From assembly GCA_045639065.1 (NCBI GenBank), contig JAZUCK010000023.1, forward strand, positions 30,429 to 94,428: DNA of 64,000 nt, read 5' to 3'. The notes beneath the pieces were generated by a model that ran no database searches, had not been told where the DNA came from, and was given only the letters and a program-made list of their open reading frames with translations. Shown one piece after another: positions 7,953 through 18,457 of the stretch. The DNA is from Alphaproteobacteria bacterium (GTDB lineage Bacteria > Pseudomonadota > Alphaproteobacteria > RF32 > CAG-239). Position 1 is the stretch's first letter. Each line of letters opens with the position of its first letter. Position numbers and translations under genes: made by a program.

Positions 7953-10097
7953 ATGAGTATTTTAGGAGCATTACAAGCCGGTGTATCAGGCCTCGGAGCG
8001 CAGTCAAGCGCAATGGGAGCTATTGCCGACAACATAGCCAATATGAATACTATTGGTTATAAAAATAACAATGTATCTTTTTCAACTTTGGTAACTAAAC
8101 AGGTGTCATCAAGCAAATATTCTGCAGGCGGTGTACAATCACACACATCACAAAGCATTGATACACAAGGTTTATTATCATCTGTTTCATCAACAACCTC
8201 ATTAGCTGTGAGCGGTAACGGATATTTCGTAGTGAATTCGCACAATATTGGTGATGGTACATGGGCATATACCCGTGCCGGTGATTTCTTGAAAGATGAA
8301 ACAGGATATTTGGTAAATTCCGGAGGATATTATGCACAAGCATGGTCTTTGATGCCTTGGGATGGTACTGAATCTGCAGCAACAGTTGAAATTAACGGCA
8401 TTATTTATATGAAAGCATATAAAAATGAAAATGGCGAAACTGTATACATCAATGACAATATTGTTGATGAAAACAATCTTCGCGGTATTAACCTTTCAAA
8501 CATCGGCGGAACAGCAACACCGACAACTCAAATTGCTTTTGGTGCTAACTTGCCTTCATCAAGCCGTATTGGCGAAACTCATTCTGTTTCTACCTTAATT
8601 TATGATAGCCTTGGTAATCCGAATAACATCAGTTTGAACTATACCAAAGAAACAGCAAACTCTTGGGGCTTGAAGACTTCTATTCCTTCAGGAGCTGCTG
8701 CTATCAACCTTTACACAACTGATGGTTTGGTTTATTCATCAATCGGACAAATGGAATTTACCGACATTCCTGCTGAGGGTTCTACAATTAAAATTAACGA
8801 TACCGTTTTTGAATTTGTTAATGACAAGAATCTTGAAAATGGCAGTGCAATCGGCAACGGTAATAATAATATTGCCGTCAATATTGCCGAAGCTAATTCG
8901 GTAAAAGATGCTATTGACAGATTTTTGGAAGCAATAGAGCTCAATGTCAGAGATGCCGGACGTTTTACAAGAGATAATAATGCTATTAAAATCCAGCAAT
9001 CACTAACAGGTAATGCCTTACAAATTGATTGTAGCGGAACATTGGCTTGTGTTCAGTCGGCTGCCGATATTGATCAATCATCAGGATTATCTCAAGGTAT
9101 CTTTACCGTAGAAGCTGTTGACAATCAAATCAAAAATTGCGCATATGTCGATTTTTCATCTATCACTCAAGGTCAAAGCATAACTATTGATGGTGTGGAA
9201 TTTGTATTTGATAATGTTCAAAATGCAGATACTCCGACCAAGATATATGTTGGTTATTCCGCAGATTATTCAATGGCACAATATGTTGATATGCTTACCA
9301 GAAAGATTCAAGATTCTAATGTGGCCGAGCCTGAAAGATTTGTTGCCAGCGGAAAAACCTTGCAAATTATTCCGACATCAACAGGCGAAGATATTACTGT
9401 AAATTATACGATAACAGCTGACTTTGCTCAGATTGCCGGTGGCGATCCTGAAAATGTAATTCCTGCCACAATAACAAATAAATTTACTTATGATGATGTT
9501 GAGCAATTAGGAAGCAAAATTCCGGCCATTATGTTCAATTCTGATGGTACACCAAAGAACATAAATGTTGAAAATATGGAAATATATTGGGCAAACGGAG
9601 CTCAAGATATGACCGGTGAAGTAAAATTGGGCGATGGTGTACAAATCAAAATTAACATGGGTGAAGAAAACGTATCAACAGGTTTGACAAATCTTTCCGG
9701 AGGTTTTTCAACAAGCTACATCAACCAAGATGGGGCAACATTTGGTAGCTACGCCGGTGTAACTGTCGGAGAAGATGGTGTTGTAACCGCAGTCTTCTCA
9801 AATGGTGAAACTCGTCCTATCGCAATTATACCTTTGGCAACTTTTGTAAATGCCAATGGTATGGAAGCTCTTAACAATAACGTTTGGATTGCAACAACCG
9901 AGTCCGGAAATCCTTTGTTGACACAAGCAACTACAGGTGGCGCCGGTGAAATAGTATCATCTTCATTGGAAAGCTCAACAGTTGATTTGGCAACCGAATT
10001 TTCAAATATGATTGTTGTACAAAGAGCTTATTCGGCAGCAGGAAAGATTATGACAACTGCTGATGAAATGTTACAAGAATTAACCAATCTTGTATAA
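7953..10097 (+). CDS. flgE: flagellar hook protein FlgE (large, 714 aa)
   Basis: N-terminal rod/hook motif AIADNIANMNTIGYK. C-terminal VDLATEFSNMIVVQRAYSAAGKIMTTADEMLQEL. Has a long central insert. Confidence 0.92.
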   Translation: MSILGALQAGVSGLGAQSSAMGAIADNIANMNTIGYKNNNVSFSTLVTKQVSSSKYSAGGVQSHTSQSIDTQGLLSSVSSTTSLAVSGNGYFVVNSHNIGDGTWAYTRAGDFLKDETGYLVNSGGYYAQAWSLMPWDGTESAATVEINGIIYMKAYKNENGETVYINDNIVDENNLRGINLSNIGGTATPTTQIAFGANLPSSSRIGETHSVSTLIYDSLGNPNNISLNYTKETANSWGLKTSIPSGAAAINLYTTDGLVYSSIGQMEFTDIPAEGSTIKINDTVFEFVNDKNLENGSAIGNGNNNIAVNIAEANSVKDAIDRFLEAIELNVRDAGRFTRDNNAIKIQQSLTGNALQIDCSGTLACVQSAADIDQSSGLSQGIFTVEAVDNQIKNCAYVDFSSITQGQSITIDGVEFVFDNVQNADTPTKIYVGYSADYSMAQYVDMLTRKIQDSNVAEPERFVASGKTLQIIPTSTGEDITVNYTITADFAQIAGGDPENVIPATITNKFTYDDVEQLGSKIPAIMFNSDGTPKNINVENMEIYWANGAQDMTGEVKLGDGVQIKINMGEENVSTGLTNLSGGFSTSYINQDGATFGSYAGVTVGEDGVVTAVFSNGETRPIAIIPLATFVNANGMEALNNNVWIATTESGNPLLTQATTGGAGEIVSSSLESSTVDLATEFSNMIVVQRAYSAAGKIMTTADEMLQELTNLV

Positions 10098-10328
10098 AAC
10101 TAAATAAATCCTAAAACTAAAAAGCAAAGGGGCCTCAGAATGAAGCCTCTTTTCTTTTTCTTTATAAATATCAGTAACTAACAAAGAGGCTGTTAATATC
10201 TTAAATAAATGATTAACTAATGTGTTTTTTTAAGTTAAATGATAAATAAAAGGGGAAATGATTCGCATCAACTTGTTTTTGTAAGTTGGCGGATTCTAGT
10301 GTTTATTTGCTTATAGATTGGGGAATCT

Positions 10329-11957
10329 ATGAATAATATATTGCAGATGATAAAGAATATGTCGCCTTCAAAGGTGGCTTCAATAGCAGCTATTATCATT
10401 TTTTTGATTAGCTTTTTTGTGTATGTAGCCGTACAAATGAGCGGTAACGAATATGTTGTTTTGTATTCTGATTTAGAGTTAAGTAATGCAAAACAAATTG
10501 TAAACAAACTCGATTCTGCCGGTATTGAATATCGTTTAGAAAAAAACGGAACTGAAATTTTGGTCCCGGCCGAAGATGTTAATCACTTGCGTTTGGATAC
10601 GGTTGACTTTGCTTTGGGCTCCGGTACAACATCAGTAGGCTATGAAGTTTTTGATAATACAGATGCTTTGGGTTCAACAAACTTTGTTCAAAATGTTAAT
10701 TTGCTCAGAGCTTTAGAAGGCGAACTTGCCAGAACAATAAGTTCAGTTGATAATATCAGAACAGCTCGTGTACATTTAGTTATGCCTAAAAGAGAGATTT
10801 TTTCCCGTGAAGAACAAAAGCCGTCTGCATCAGTTATTATAAAAACAAAAGAAGGCCCTCTAAATCCTCAAAGTATACAAGCAATTCAAAAATTGATTGC
10901 TGCGGCAGTTCCAAAACTTGATATGAAGGATATCTCCATTGTAGATTCTAATGGTAACTTGCTAACCGAATTCAGCGAAGAACAAAATGAAATTGTCAAA
11001 AAGTCAAACAATGAAACAATGCGTTTGGAGCAAGAATATAAATTGAATCAACGCTTGCAAGAATTATTGGAAAAAAGCTTAGGCAAAGGAAAGGCTCAGG
11101 TTCAAGTAAACTTAGAGATGGATTTTGATGAAGTTGTTACCAATGAAGAGATATTCGATCCGGACAGTCAGGTTGTTCGCTCTCAGGCCAGTATGACTGA
11201 AGAAGGAACTTCGGGACAAGACGCATCTCAACCTGTTACCGTAGGTCAAAATATACCAAACTCTGACAGTTCGTTCCCGTCTTCAAACGGAGCTTTTGGC
11301 ACAATGTCAAAAACCGAAGAAACTATCAATTATGAAATTTCTCGTATCGTTAGAAACAAAGTAAAGAATACCGGAACTATTTCTCGTGTTACTGCAGCTG
11401 TTTCTGTTGATGGTACATATAAAAGAAACGCCGAAGGTCGTATGGTATATCAACCGCGAACTCCCGAAGAAATGGAGCGCATTACCAATTTGGTAAAATC
11501 GGCTGTCGGATATGATGCTAATCGTGGAGATTTGGTCGAGGTTGTAAATATTAAATTCTCTTCATTTATTGATGAAGAAGATAGTCTTCCTGAAAAATTA
11601 TACATGGGCTTTACCAAACAAGAACTTATGCGTATGGCCGAAGGATTAGGCGTTGCAATAGTTGCAATATTGGTTATTTTATTGGTAATCAGACCGTTGA
11701 TAAACAATGCATTTGAAGTATCAAATAATAATTCTGCAGAAAAACTTATTTCATCGGGTGTAGATGAAGACAATCTGTTGTTGTCAAACTTCTTAAGTGA
11801 TAATTATGACGATGCTGCCGATGAGCTTGTCAATATAAACAAAGTTGACGGACGCATTAAGGTATCATTGATTAAGAAACTTAATGCAACGGTTGAAAAG
11901 AACCCTGATGCTTCAGTTAATGTAATTCGTAGTTGGTTATATGGTAATGAAGGTTAA
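10329..11957 (+). CDS. fliF: flagellar MS-ring protein FliF
   Basis: 542 aa. N-terminal TM segment, YscJ/FliF domain ([44 protein letters not shown]), and a second TM segment near the C-terminus. Confidence 0.92.
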   Translation: MNNILQMIKNMSPSKVASIAAIIIFLISFFVYVAVQMSGNEYVVLYSDLELSNAKQIVNKLDSAGIEYRLEKNGTEILVPAEDVNHLRLDTVDFALGSGTTSVGYEVFDNTDALGSTNFVQNVNLLRALEGELARTISSVDNIRTARVHLVMPKREIFSREEQKPSASVIIKTKEGPLNPQSIQAIQKLIAAAVPKLDMKDISIVDSNGNLLTEFSEEQNEIVKKSNNETMRLEQEYKLNQRLQELLEKSLGKGKAQVQVNLEMDFDEVVTNEEIFDPDSQVVRSQASMTEEGTSGQDASQPVTVGQNIPNSDSSFPSSNGAFGTMSKTEETINYEISRIVRNKVKNTGTISRVTAAVSVDGTYKRNAEGRMVYQPRTPEEMERITNLVKSAVGYDANRGDLVEVVNIKFSSFIDEEDSLPEKLYMGFTKQELMRMAEGLGVAIVAILVILLVIRPLINNAFEVSNNNSAEKLISSGVDEDNLLLSNFLSDNYDDAADELVNINKVDGRIKVSLIKKLNATVEKNPDASVNVIRSWLYGNEG

Positions 11958-11962
11958 TTACA

Positions 11963-12991
11963 ATGGCTATAAAACAAAACGTAATAGATGATTATAATCT
12001 TTTATCCGGTCAGCAAAAAGCCGCCATTTTGATGTTGTCATTAGATGAAGAACGTTCGGCAGCAATATTTTCTATGATGGATGATGAAGAAATTAAAGAA
12101 CTATCGGTAACAATGGCTTCATTAGGTAAAGTTAACTCTAATGTTATAGAACAGTTGATTAACGAATTTAGTGATAAAATTACCGATACAGGTAATTTGG
12201 TGGGAACATACGAAAGTACGGAAAGATTATTGGCCAAAGCTTTGGATAAAGACAGAGTTTCGGTTATTATGGAAGAGATAAGAGGTCCTGCCGGTCGAAC
12301 CATGTGGGATAAGTTGGGTAATGTAAATGAACACGTTTTAGCTAACTACCTAAAGAATGAATATCCGCAAACTATTGCTGTTATTTTATCAAAGATTAAA
12401 GCAGATCATGCAGCTAAAGTTATTGCATTATTTCCCGAAAATTTTGCAATGGAAATTGTTATGAGAATGCTACGAATGGATTCTGTTCAAAAAGAAGTAT
12501 TGGACAGCTTGGAAAAAACGTTAAGAAAAGAATTTATGAGTTCTTTGTCAAAATCAACCAGAAGAGATGCTCACGAATTTATTGCAGATATATTTAATTC
12601 TCTTGATAGAAATACCGAAACACGCTTTATGGAAGCTTTGGAAGAACGCAATCGTGAAAGTGCAGAAAGAGTAAAGTCTTTGATGTTCACGTTCGAAGAT
12701 TTGACAAGAATCGATTCTCAAGGCATTCAAATTTTGTTGCGCAATATAGACAAAGACAAACTTGCTATTGCATTGAAGGGTGCTTCAGATACCTTAAAAG
12801 ATTTGTTCTTCAACAATATGTCAACTCGTGCCGGAAAAATTGTCAAAGAAGATATGGATGCTATGGGTCCTGTTCGTATGCGTGAGGTTGAAGAAGCTCA
12901 ACAATACATTGTGGCCGCAGCAAAAGATTTGGCTGCATCCGGTGATATTGTTGTTGCCGAAGGTAATGATAGTGATGAGTTGGTATACTAG
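11963..12991 (+). CDS. fliG: flagellar motor switch protein FliG
   Basis: 342 aa. Contains [33 protein letters not shown] and the C-terminal [19 protein letters not shown] segment typical of FliG. Confidence 0.93.
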   Translation: MAIKQNVIDDYNLLSGQQKAAILMLSLDEERSAAIFSMMDDEEIKELSVTMASLGKVNSNVIEQLINEFSDKITDTGNLVGTYESTERLLAKALDKDRVSVIMEEIRGPAGRTMWDKLGNVNEHVLANYLKNEYPQTIAVILSKIKADHAAKVIALFPENFAMEIVMRMLRMDSVQKEVLDSLEKTLRKEFMSSLSKSTRRDAHEFIADIFNSLDRNTETRFMEALEERNRESAERVKSLMFTFEDLTRIDSQGIQILLRNIDKDKLAIALKGASDTLKDLFFNNMSTRAGKIVKEDMDAMGPVRMREVEEAQQYIVAAAKDLAASGDIVVAEGNDSDELVY

Positions 12992-13009
12992 AGTAAAGGA
13001 TAAATTGAA

Positions 13010-13810
13010 GTGGCTAATTATCAGAAATACATGTTTGATGACTTTGTCGTAAAAAACGACAATGATGAATATGTATTAGCTGATGAGGAGCAACAATTTG
13101 AATATGAACCTGAAGAAAATATAGAAACAGAATTGTTTGAATCTGAGGTCGCCGATGATAAAAATGAAGAATATGTTGAAGAAAAAATTCAAGAAACTCA
13201 AAATGTAGTACCTATAGAAAATAATGATTCTGAGTTTGTTGCATATGATTATGTGAAAGAACCCGAAACAGAAGAAAATCTGGCCGTATATACGGAAGAA
13301 GAATTTCAAGAAGCAATGGTTAAAGCCGAAGAAGTTGCCTATAACAGAGGTTTAGAAGAAGCAAAAAATTCTTCTTTAGAGAAACAAAACATATTATTGG
13401 AAGATATTAAAAATCAGTTGATGACAATCTTTACGTCGCTTGATGATAAAAAAACGGATATGGAAAAAGATACGCTTAATTTTTCGGTAAACCTTGTAAG
13501 AAAAATTTTACCGACTTTGGAAAAAGAAAGAGCCGAAAAAGAAGTGAAAAATTTTTTGGCAGAAAATTTTGCCAATTTTTCATCCCAAGAAGCTTTATCT
13601 TTTTCTTTTAATCCCGATACCATATCCAAGGTTGCCGACAGTATTGGACGATTGGCCGAACAAAATGATTTTGAAGGAAAAATTTCTGTTCACAAAGACG
13701 TGTCTTTAGGTCCTTCCGATTGTCGAGTTGAATGGAAATCCGGAGGTGTAGAACGAAAGTCATCAAATGTATTGGATAAAGTTACAAATTTGATAAATAC
13801 AAAAGAATAA
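13010..13810 (+). CDS. FliH/FlbE-like flagellar export apparatus protein (tentative)
   Basis: Acidic N-terminus and coiled-coil middle. Occupies the slot between fliG and fliN, as FlbE/FliH does in the Caulobacter fliF operon. The call is mainly positional. GTG start. Confidence 0.5.
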   Translation: MANYQKYMFDDFVVKNDNDEYVLADEEQQFEYEPEENIETELFESEVADDKNEEYVEEKIQETQNVVPIENNDSEFVAYDYVKEPETEENLAVYTEEEFQEAMVKAEEVAYNRGLEEAKNSSLEKQNILLEDIKNQLMTIFTSLDDKKTDMEKDTLNFSVNLVRKILPTLEKERAEKEVKNFLAENFANFSSQEALSFSFNPDTISKVADSIGRLAEQNDFEGKISVHKDVSLGPSDCRVEWKSGGVERKSSNVLDKVTNLINTKE

Positions 13811-13820
13811 GAGAGGGAAA

Positions 13821-14174
13821 ATGGATAATAATTTAGAACTTAATGAAATCAGCGAAGCAAGCGTTTTAGATAACGAACCGCTTTTACGCAAAGATATAGG
13901 TGTCGAGGATTTTGACATTCCTACATCTACATCGGATTTAGAAGCCGTATACAATATACCGGTTAAGGTTTCGGCCGTTTTGGGAAAAGCCAGTATGAAA
14001 GTCAGCCAACTGATGAAATTAAATAAAGGTGCTATTATTGAATTGGATAGAAAAGTTGGTGAAGCTATTGACATTTATGTAAACAATTCTTTAGTTGCTC
14101 GCGGTGAAGTGGTAGTTGTTGATAACAAACTCGGCATTACCATGACAGAAATTATCAAATCTACAGGAAAATAA
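13821..14174 (+). CDS. fliN: flagellar motor switch protein FliN
   Basis: 117 aa. C-terminal SpoA domain IPVKVSAVLGKASMKVSQLMKLNKGAIIELDRKVGEAIDIYVNNSLVARGEVVVVDNKLGITMTEI. Confidence 0.9.
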   Translation: MDNNLELNEISEASVLDNEPLLRKDIGVEDFDIPTSTSDLEAVYNIPVKVSAVLGKASMKVSQLMKLNKGAIIELDRKVGEAIDIYVNNSLVARGEVVVVDNKLGITMTEIIKSTGK

Positions 14175-14189
14175 GGATTATTACCTAAG

Positions 14190-15518
14190 ATGGAATTGCT
14201 TATAGTCGGAACACTAAATGGTCAAATCGGAGCTGCCAGTAAGATAGCAATATCAAAAGGCGGTCAGGTTTCGTTGGCCGATAGTGTTGAAAAAGCACTT
14301 GATATATTATATTCAGGCAAAAACATTGAGCTGATTATGGTTGATGTAACACTTGATGTTCACAAGCTTATTTCATCTTTGGAATCTTCAAGAATCAATG
14401 TATTGGTTGTTGCTTGCGGAGTAGCTAATGACACTTCTTTAGCGGTAAAAGCAATTAAAGCCGGAGCAAAGGAATATATCCCTCTACCTCCTGATCCGGA
14501 ACTTATCGGAGCTGTATTGGCAGCCGCAACCAGAGAAAATCATGCACTTATTTATGGAGATAAAAGAACTGAAGCTATTTTAAAAATGGCTAAGCAAATC
14601 GCTCCTTCGGAGGCTTCAGTTTTGTTAACCGGTTCTTCCGGAACGGGTAAAGAAATTTTTTCACGTTTTGTTCATGATAATTCTAAAAGGGCTAACCAAA
14701 AATTTGTAGCCGTAAACTGTGCAGCCATTCCTGAAGCATTGCTTGAATCTGAGTTGTTCGGTTATGAAAAAGGTGCTTTTACCGGAGCTGTTTCTCGCCG
14801 CATCGGAAAGTTTGAAGAAGCTTCCGGCGGTACATTATTGCTTGATGAAATATCCGAAATGGACATTTCTCTACAAGCAAAATTACTTCGTGCAATTCAA
14901 GAAAAAGAAATCGACAGATTAGGCGGAAAAGCTCCCATAAAAGTAGATACCAGAATAATTGCTACATCAAACAGGGATTTGGAAAAATGCACGCTTGATG
15001 GTACATTTCGCCAAGACCTGTACTATCGTTTGAATGTAATAAACATAAATATTCCTGATCTCAAGGATAGGGTCGGTGATATTGTAGTTTTGGCAAAACA
15101 TTTTATCAAAAAATATTCCGAGCTTAACGGTTTGCCGATGAAAGATTTATCAGCAAAAGCCGAAGAAATGTTGCTTAATTATTTATGGCCGGGTAACGTT
15201 CGTGAACTCGAAAATACTATGCACCGTGCGGTATTATTATCGACAGGCGAAGAAATTGATGAAAACTCAATTATTTTACAAACACCATCGGCCGTAAGAG
15301 AAGTAAAAGAAGATAACGATAAAAAAGAAGAAGCTGCATTTGTCGGAAAAACAGTTGCTGAAGTTGAGCGCAAGCTCATTTTGGATACTATGGAAGATAC
15401 AATGTGGAACCGTTCGGCTGCCGCCACGATATTAGGTATATCGATTCGTACACTTCGAAACAAACTGAAACAGTATCAGGAAGAAGGTTATACAATTCCT
15501 TCGTCTAATCAAGGATAG
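14190..15518 (+). CDS. flbD: sigma54-dependent flagellar transcriptional activator, FlbD-like
   Basis: Divergent receiver domain lacking the N-terminal acidic pair. AAA+ core with Walker A GSSGTGKE and the sigma54-contact motif ESELFGYEKGAFTGA. C-terminal Fis-type HTH. Follows fliN as in Caulobacter. Confidence 0.88.
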   Translation: MELLIVGTLNGQIGAASKIAISKGGQVSLADSVEKALDILYSGKNIELIMVDVTLDVHKLISSLESSRINVLVVACGVANDTSLAVKAIKAGAKEYIPLPPDPELIGAVLAAATRENHALIYGDKRTEAILKMAKQIAPSEASVLLTGSSGTGKEIFSRFVHDNSKRANQKFVAVNCAAIPEALLESELFGYEKGAFTGAVSRRIGKFEEASGGTLLLDEISEMDISLQAKLLRAIQEKEIDRLGGKAPIKVDTRIIATSNRDLEKCTLDGTFRQDLYYRLNVININIPDLKDRVGDIVVLAKHFIKKYSELNGLPMKDLSAKAEEMLLNYLWPGNVRELENTMHRAVLLSTGEEIDENSIILQTPSAVREVKEDNDKKEEAAFVGKTVAEVERKLILDTMEDTMWNRSAAATILGISIRTLRNKLKQYQEEGYTIPSSNQG

Positions 15519-15525
15519 TTAAAAA

Positions 15526-17640
15526 ATGGCCGGCAATATAACTAAAAACGGATTTTCAAGTTCAATGAAAGATATGCTCCTAAGTTCTGCTAAAAGGGGC
15601 GACTTGTTTTTTGCTTTTGCCATTATCTTGATGTTAGTTATTTTGATTATGCCAATGCCTGTGTGGTTATTGGATATATCATTGGCTATGTCTATAACCT
15701 TGGCTTGTGTTGTTTTGATGATGGCAATCTTTATCGAAAAACCGATAGAATTTAGCGCTTTTCCTCTTGTTTTGTTAATTACCACAATGTTTCGCTTAGC
15801 GCTTAATTTGGCATCGACAAGACTTATATTATCACGAGGTTATATGGGCGATAATGCAGCCGGTGAAGTAATTAAGGCATTCGGCGGCTTTATTATGGGT
15901 AACAACTTTGTTATCGGTGTTATCGTTTTTGCAATACTGGTTTTGGTAAACTTTATAGTAATTACCAAAGGTTCGGGACGTATCGCTGAGGTTGCTGCTC
16001 GTTTTGCATTAGATGCCATGCCCGGAAAACAAATGGCAATCGATGCTGATTTGTCATCAGGTTTGATAAATGAAGACGAAGCCAAAAAACGCCGTGAAGA
16101 TCTTTCCAAAGAAAGCTCATTTTACGGAGCTATGGATGGTGCTTCTAAATTCGTACGAGGCGATGCTATAGCAGGTCTCTTAATTACATTTATCAATATC
16201 GTTGCCGGTATTATTATCGGTATGGTTCAAAATGATATGAGCTTTGCACAAGCCGGCGAAACATATACTCGCTTAACTGTCGGTGATGGGTTGGTTTCAC
16301 AAGTTCCGGCATTGATTGTATCTGTCGGCGCTGGTATCTTGGTATCAAAAGCCGGTATGACCGAATCAACCGACAAAGTTTTGTTTGAACAGTTGGCTAA
16401 TTATCCGAAAGCCCTAGGTATGAGCTCCGGTTTGGCGGTGGTTTTAGGTTTAATCCCCGGTACTCCGGCCGTTCCGTTTTTTATTTTATCGGCAATAACC
16501 GGAACAACTGCATATTATTTATCTAAGCAACAAAGAGAAGAAGCAGCCAAGGTTCAGGCTGTGTTAGAGCAAGAACAAAAGCAGTCGGCTATAAGTAAAA
16601 TGACCGACGAGCCGATAGCTAATGTTTTGAAAGTTGACTTAATTCGTCTTGAAATCGGTTATGGTTTGCTTCCTTTGATAAACGATGACACCAACCGTAA
16701 ACTTACCGATCAAATAAAAGCCCTAAGAAGAGCTCTTGCCTCAGAACTAGGTTTTGTTATGCCATCAATCCGCATCCAAGATAATATGCAATTAGAGGCT
16801 AATGAATATAACATATATGTTAAGGAAGTAAAATCGGGCAAGGGCGAAATCAGACCGACACAACTGCTGGTTATGGACCCCAGAGGTGATAAGATAAATC
16901 TTCCCGGTGAAGAAACTTTAGAGCCGACTTTCGGATTGAAGGCTATGTGGATAGACCCATCCTACAGAGAAGAAGCTATGTTCAGAGGTTATACTGTTGT
17001 TGATCCTGCGACTGTTGTAACCACACATATTACCGAGTTGGTAAAAGAGAATATGTCAGAATTGTTATCATACGCCGAAACTCAAAAGTTGCTCGACGAA
17101 ATGGATAAAGAACATCAAAAGTTGGTTAAAGATCTTATACCCAATAAGATTAGCTTGGCTGCTGTTCAAAGAATTTTGAAAAACCTGTTACAAGAGCGCG
17201 TATCCATTCGTGATTTGCCAACCATTTTGGAAGGTATATCCGAAGCTGTTACCTCAACTCATAGCTTGATGTTAATAACCGAACACGTACGTTCGCGATT
17301 GTCACGCCAATTATCTAATGCTTACTCTAATGAGTTCGGCGTAATATCACTGGTTCCGCTATCTGCAGAATGGGAGCAAAATTTTGCTCAATCAATTATC
17401 GGAGACGGCGATGAAAAACAACTTGCAATGGCTCCATCTACACTCCAGTCGTTTATAACTAAGGTGCGTAATGTTTTGGAAGAGCTTGCACTAAAAGGTG
17501 AAAATCCGGTATTATTGACCAGTCCGAACATCAGACCTTTTGTTCGTTCAATTATTGAACGTTTCCGTCCGTTAAGCGCGGTAATGTCGCAAAACGAAAT
17601 TCATCCCAAGGCTAAGATAAAAACCGTAGGTCAGATATAA
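15526..17640 (+). CDS. flhA: flagellar type III export gate protein FlhA
   Basis: 704 aa. Multi-TM N-terminal half with the FHIPEP-type motif (GGFIMGNNFVIGVIVFAILVLVNFIVITKGSGRIAEVAARFALDAMPGKQMAIDADL). Confidence 0.95.
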   Translation: MAGNITKNGFSSSMKDMLLSSAKRGDLFFAFAIILMLVILIMPMPVWLLDISLAMSITLACVVLMMAIFIEKPIEFSAFPLVLLITTMFRLALNLASTRLILSRGYMGDNAAGEVIKAFGGFIMGNNFVIGVIVFAILVLVNFIVITKGSGRIAEVAARFALDAMPGKQMAIDADLSSGLINEDEAKKRREDLSKESSFYGAMDGASKFVRGDAIAGLLITFINIVAGIIIGMVQNDMSFAQAGETYTRLTVGDGLVSQVPALIVSVGAGILVSKAGMTESTDKVLFEQLANYPKALGMSSGLAVVLGLIPGTPAVPFFILSAITGTTAYYLSKQQREEAAKVQAVLEQEQKQSAISKMTDEPIANVLKVDLIRLEIGYGLLPLINDDTNRKLTDQIKALRRALASELGFVMPSIRIQDNMQLEANEYNIYVKEVKSGKGEIRPTQLLVMDPRGDKINLPGEETLEPTFGLKAMWIDPSYREEAMFRGYTVVDPATVVTTHITELVKENMSELLSYAETQKLLDEMDKEHQKLVKDLIPNKISLAAVQRILKNLLQERVSIRDLPTILEGISEAVTSTHSLMLITEHVRSRLSRQLSNAYSNEFGVISLVPLSAEWEQNFAQSIIGDGDEKQLAMAPSTLQSFITKVRNVLEELALKGENPVLLTSPNIRPFVRSIIERFRPLSAVMSQNEIHPKAKIKTVGQI

Positions 17641-17647
17641 TAAAACA

Positions 17648-18457
17648 ATGCTAAATGAAACAGAAATAACTACAGATTTTGCCAAAGAAGCTATGCAGCT
17701 TAAGGGTAAAAATATGCTCGCGGTTATTTCGGGATATCGTGGTTGCGGAAAAACATGGTTTTCATTAAATTTGGCACATGCTATGAGTTTATACAAACAA
17801 AAAGTTATGTTGTTTGATGGCGATTGCGGACTAAATAATACCAAGATACAATTAGGTCTTGATTTTGCTAATGACTTAGATGCCGTAATTTATGGAAATC
17901 GTACTTTAAATCAAGTGATTTTTAACTATGACAAAGGTCGTTTTGATATAGCTGTTGGCAACCCAGGTTCATCAGGTTTGTCAACAATGTCAATCGGGCG
18001 CTTACAAATTTTAGGTGATGACCTTAACATAATCTCTCAAAATTATGATAAGCTGATTTTAGATATGAGTTCAGGAATGAACAATTCATCAAAAGTATTG
18101 GCAGGTATGTCACAATCTGCAATCATTGTATGTAACGATGATCCTCAATCTATTGTCAGCAACTATGGTCTAATAAAGTTGATGACAACACGTTATCCGA
18201 ATACATCGTTGAGTATAGTAATAAATCAGGTAAATTATATTGAAGATGGTCTAAGGACATACAAATTACTAAAAAAAGCCTGTTCTGAGTTTATAAAGAA
18301 TGTTCCACCGTTACGTGGTATTATAAGACAAGATACCAGAGTTCGTGATTCTATAAGAAACCAAAGTACAATCATTAGTCGTTATCCTCAATCAGAAGCT
18401 GCACTTGACATAATGGCCGTAGCGCAAAGGATACTCAAAAATGAGCAATTCGATTAA
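17648..18457 (+). CDS. MinD/ParA-family ATPase, FlhG/FleN-like flagellar number regulator
   Basis: Deviant Walker A (ISGYRGCGKTWFSLNLA). Lies directly downstream of flhA. Confidence 0.7.
   Translation: MLNETEITTDFAKEAMQLKGKNMLAVISGYRGCGKTWFSLNLAHAMSLYKQKVMLFDGDCGLNNTKIQLGLDFANDLDAVIYGNRTLNQVIFNYDKGRFDIAVGNPGSSGLSTMSIGRLQILGDDLNIISQNYDKLILDMSSGMNNSSKVLAGMSQSAIIVCNDDPQSIVSNYGLIKLMTTRYPNTSLSIVINQVNYIEDGLRTYKLLKKACSEFIKNVPPLRGIIRQDTRVRDSIRNQSTIISRYPQSEAALDIMAVAQRILKNEQFD

Noticed and set aside
10119-10160. Imperfect hairpin (AGGGGCCTC..GAAGCCTCT) plus T-run after flgE as a terminator
   Set aside because: The stem has two mismatches in nine positions. It is plausible but too weak to list as a supported feature.
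10193-10217. CtrA-box-like TTAA..TTAA motifs upstream of fliF
   Set aside because: The spacings are N4 and N8 rather than the canonical N7. TTAA is expected frequently by chance in such AT-rich intergenic DNA, so this is not supportable without comparative data.
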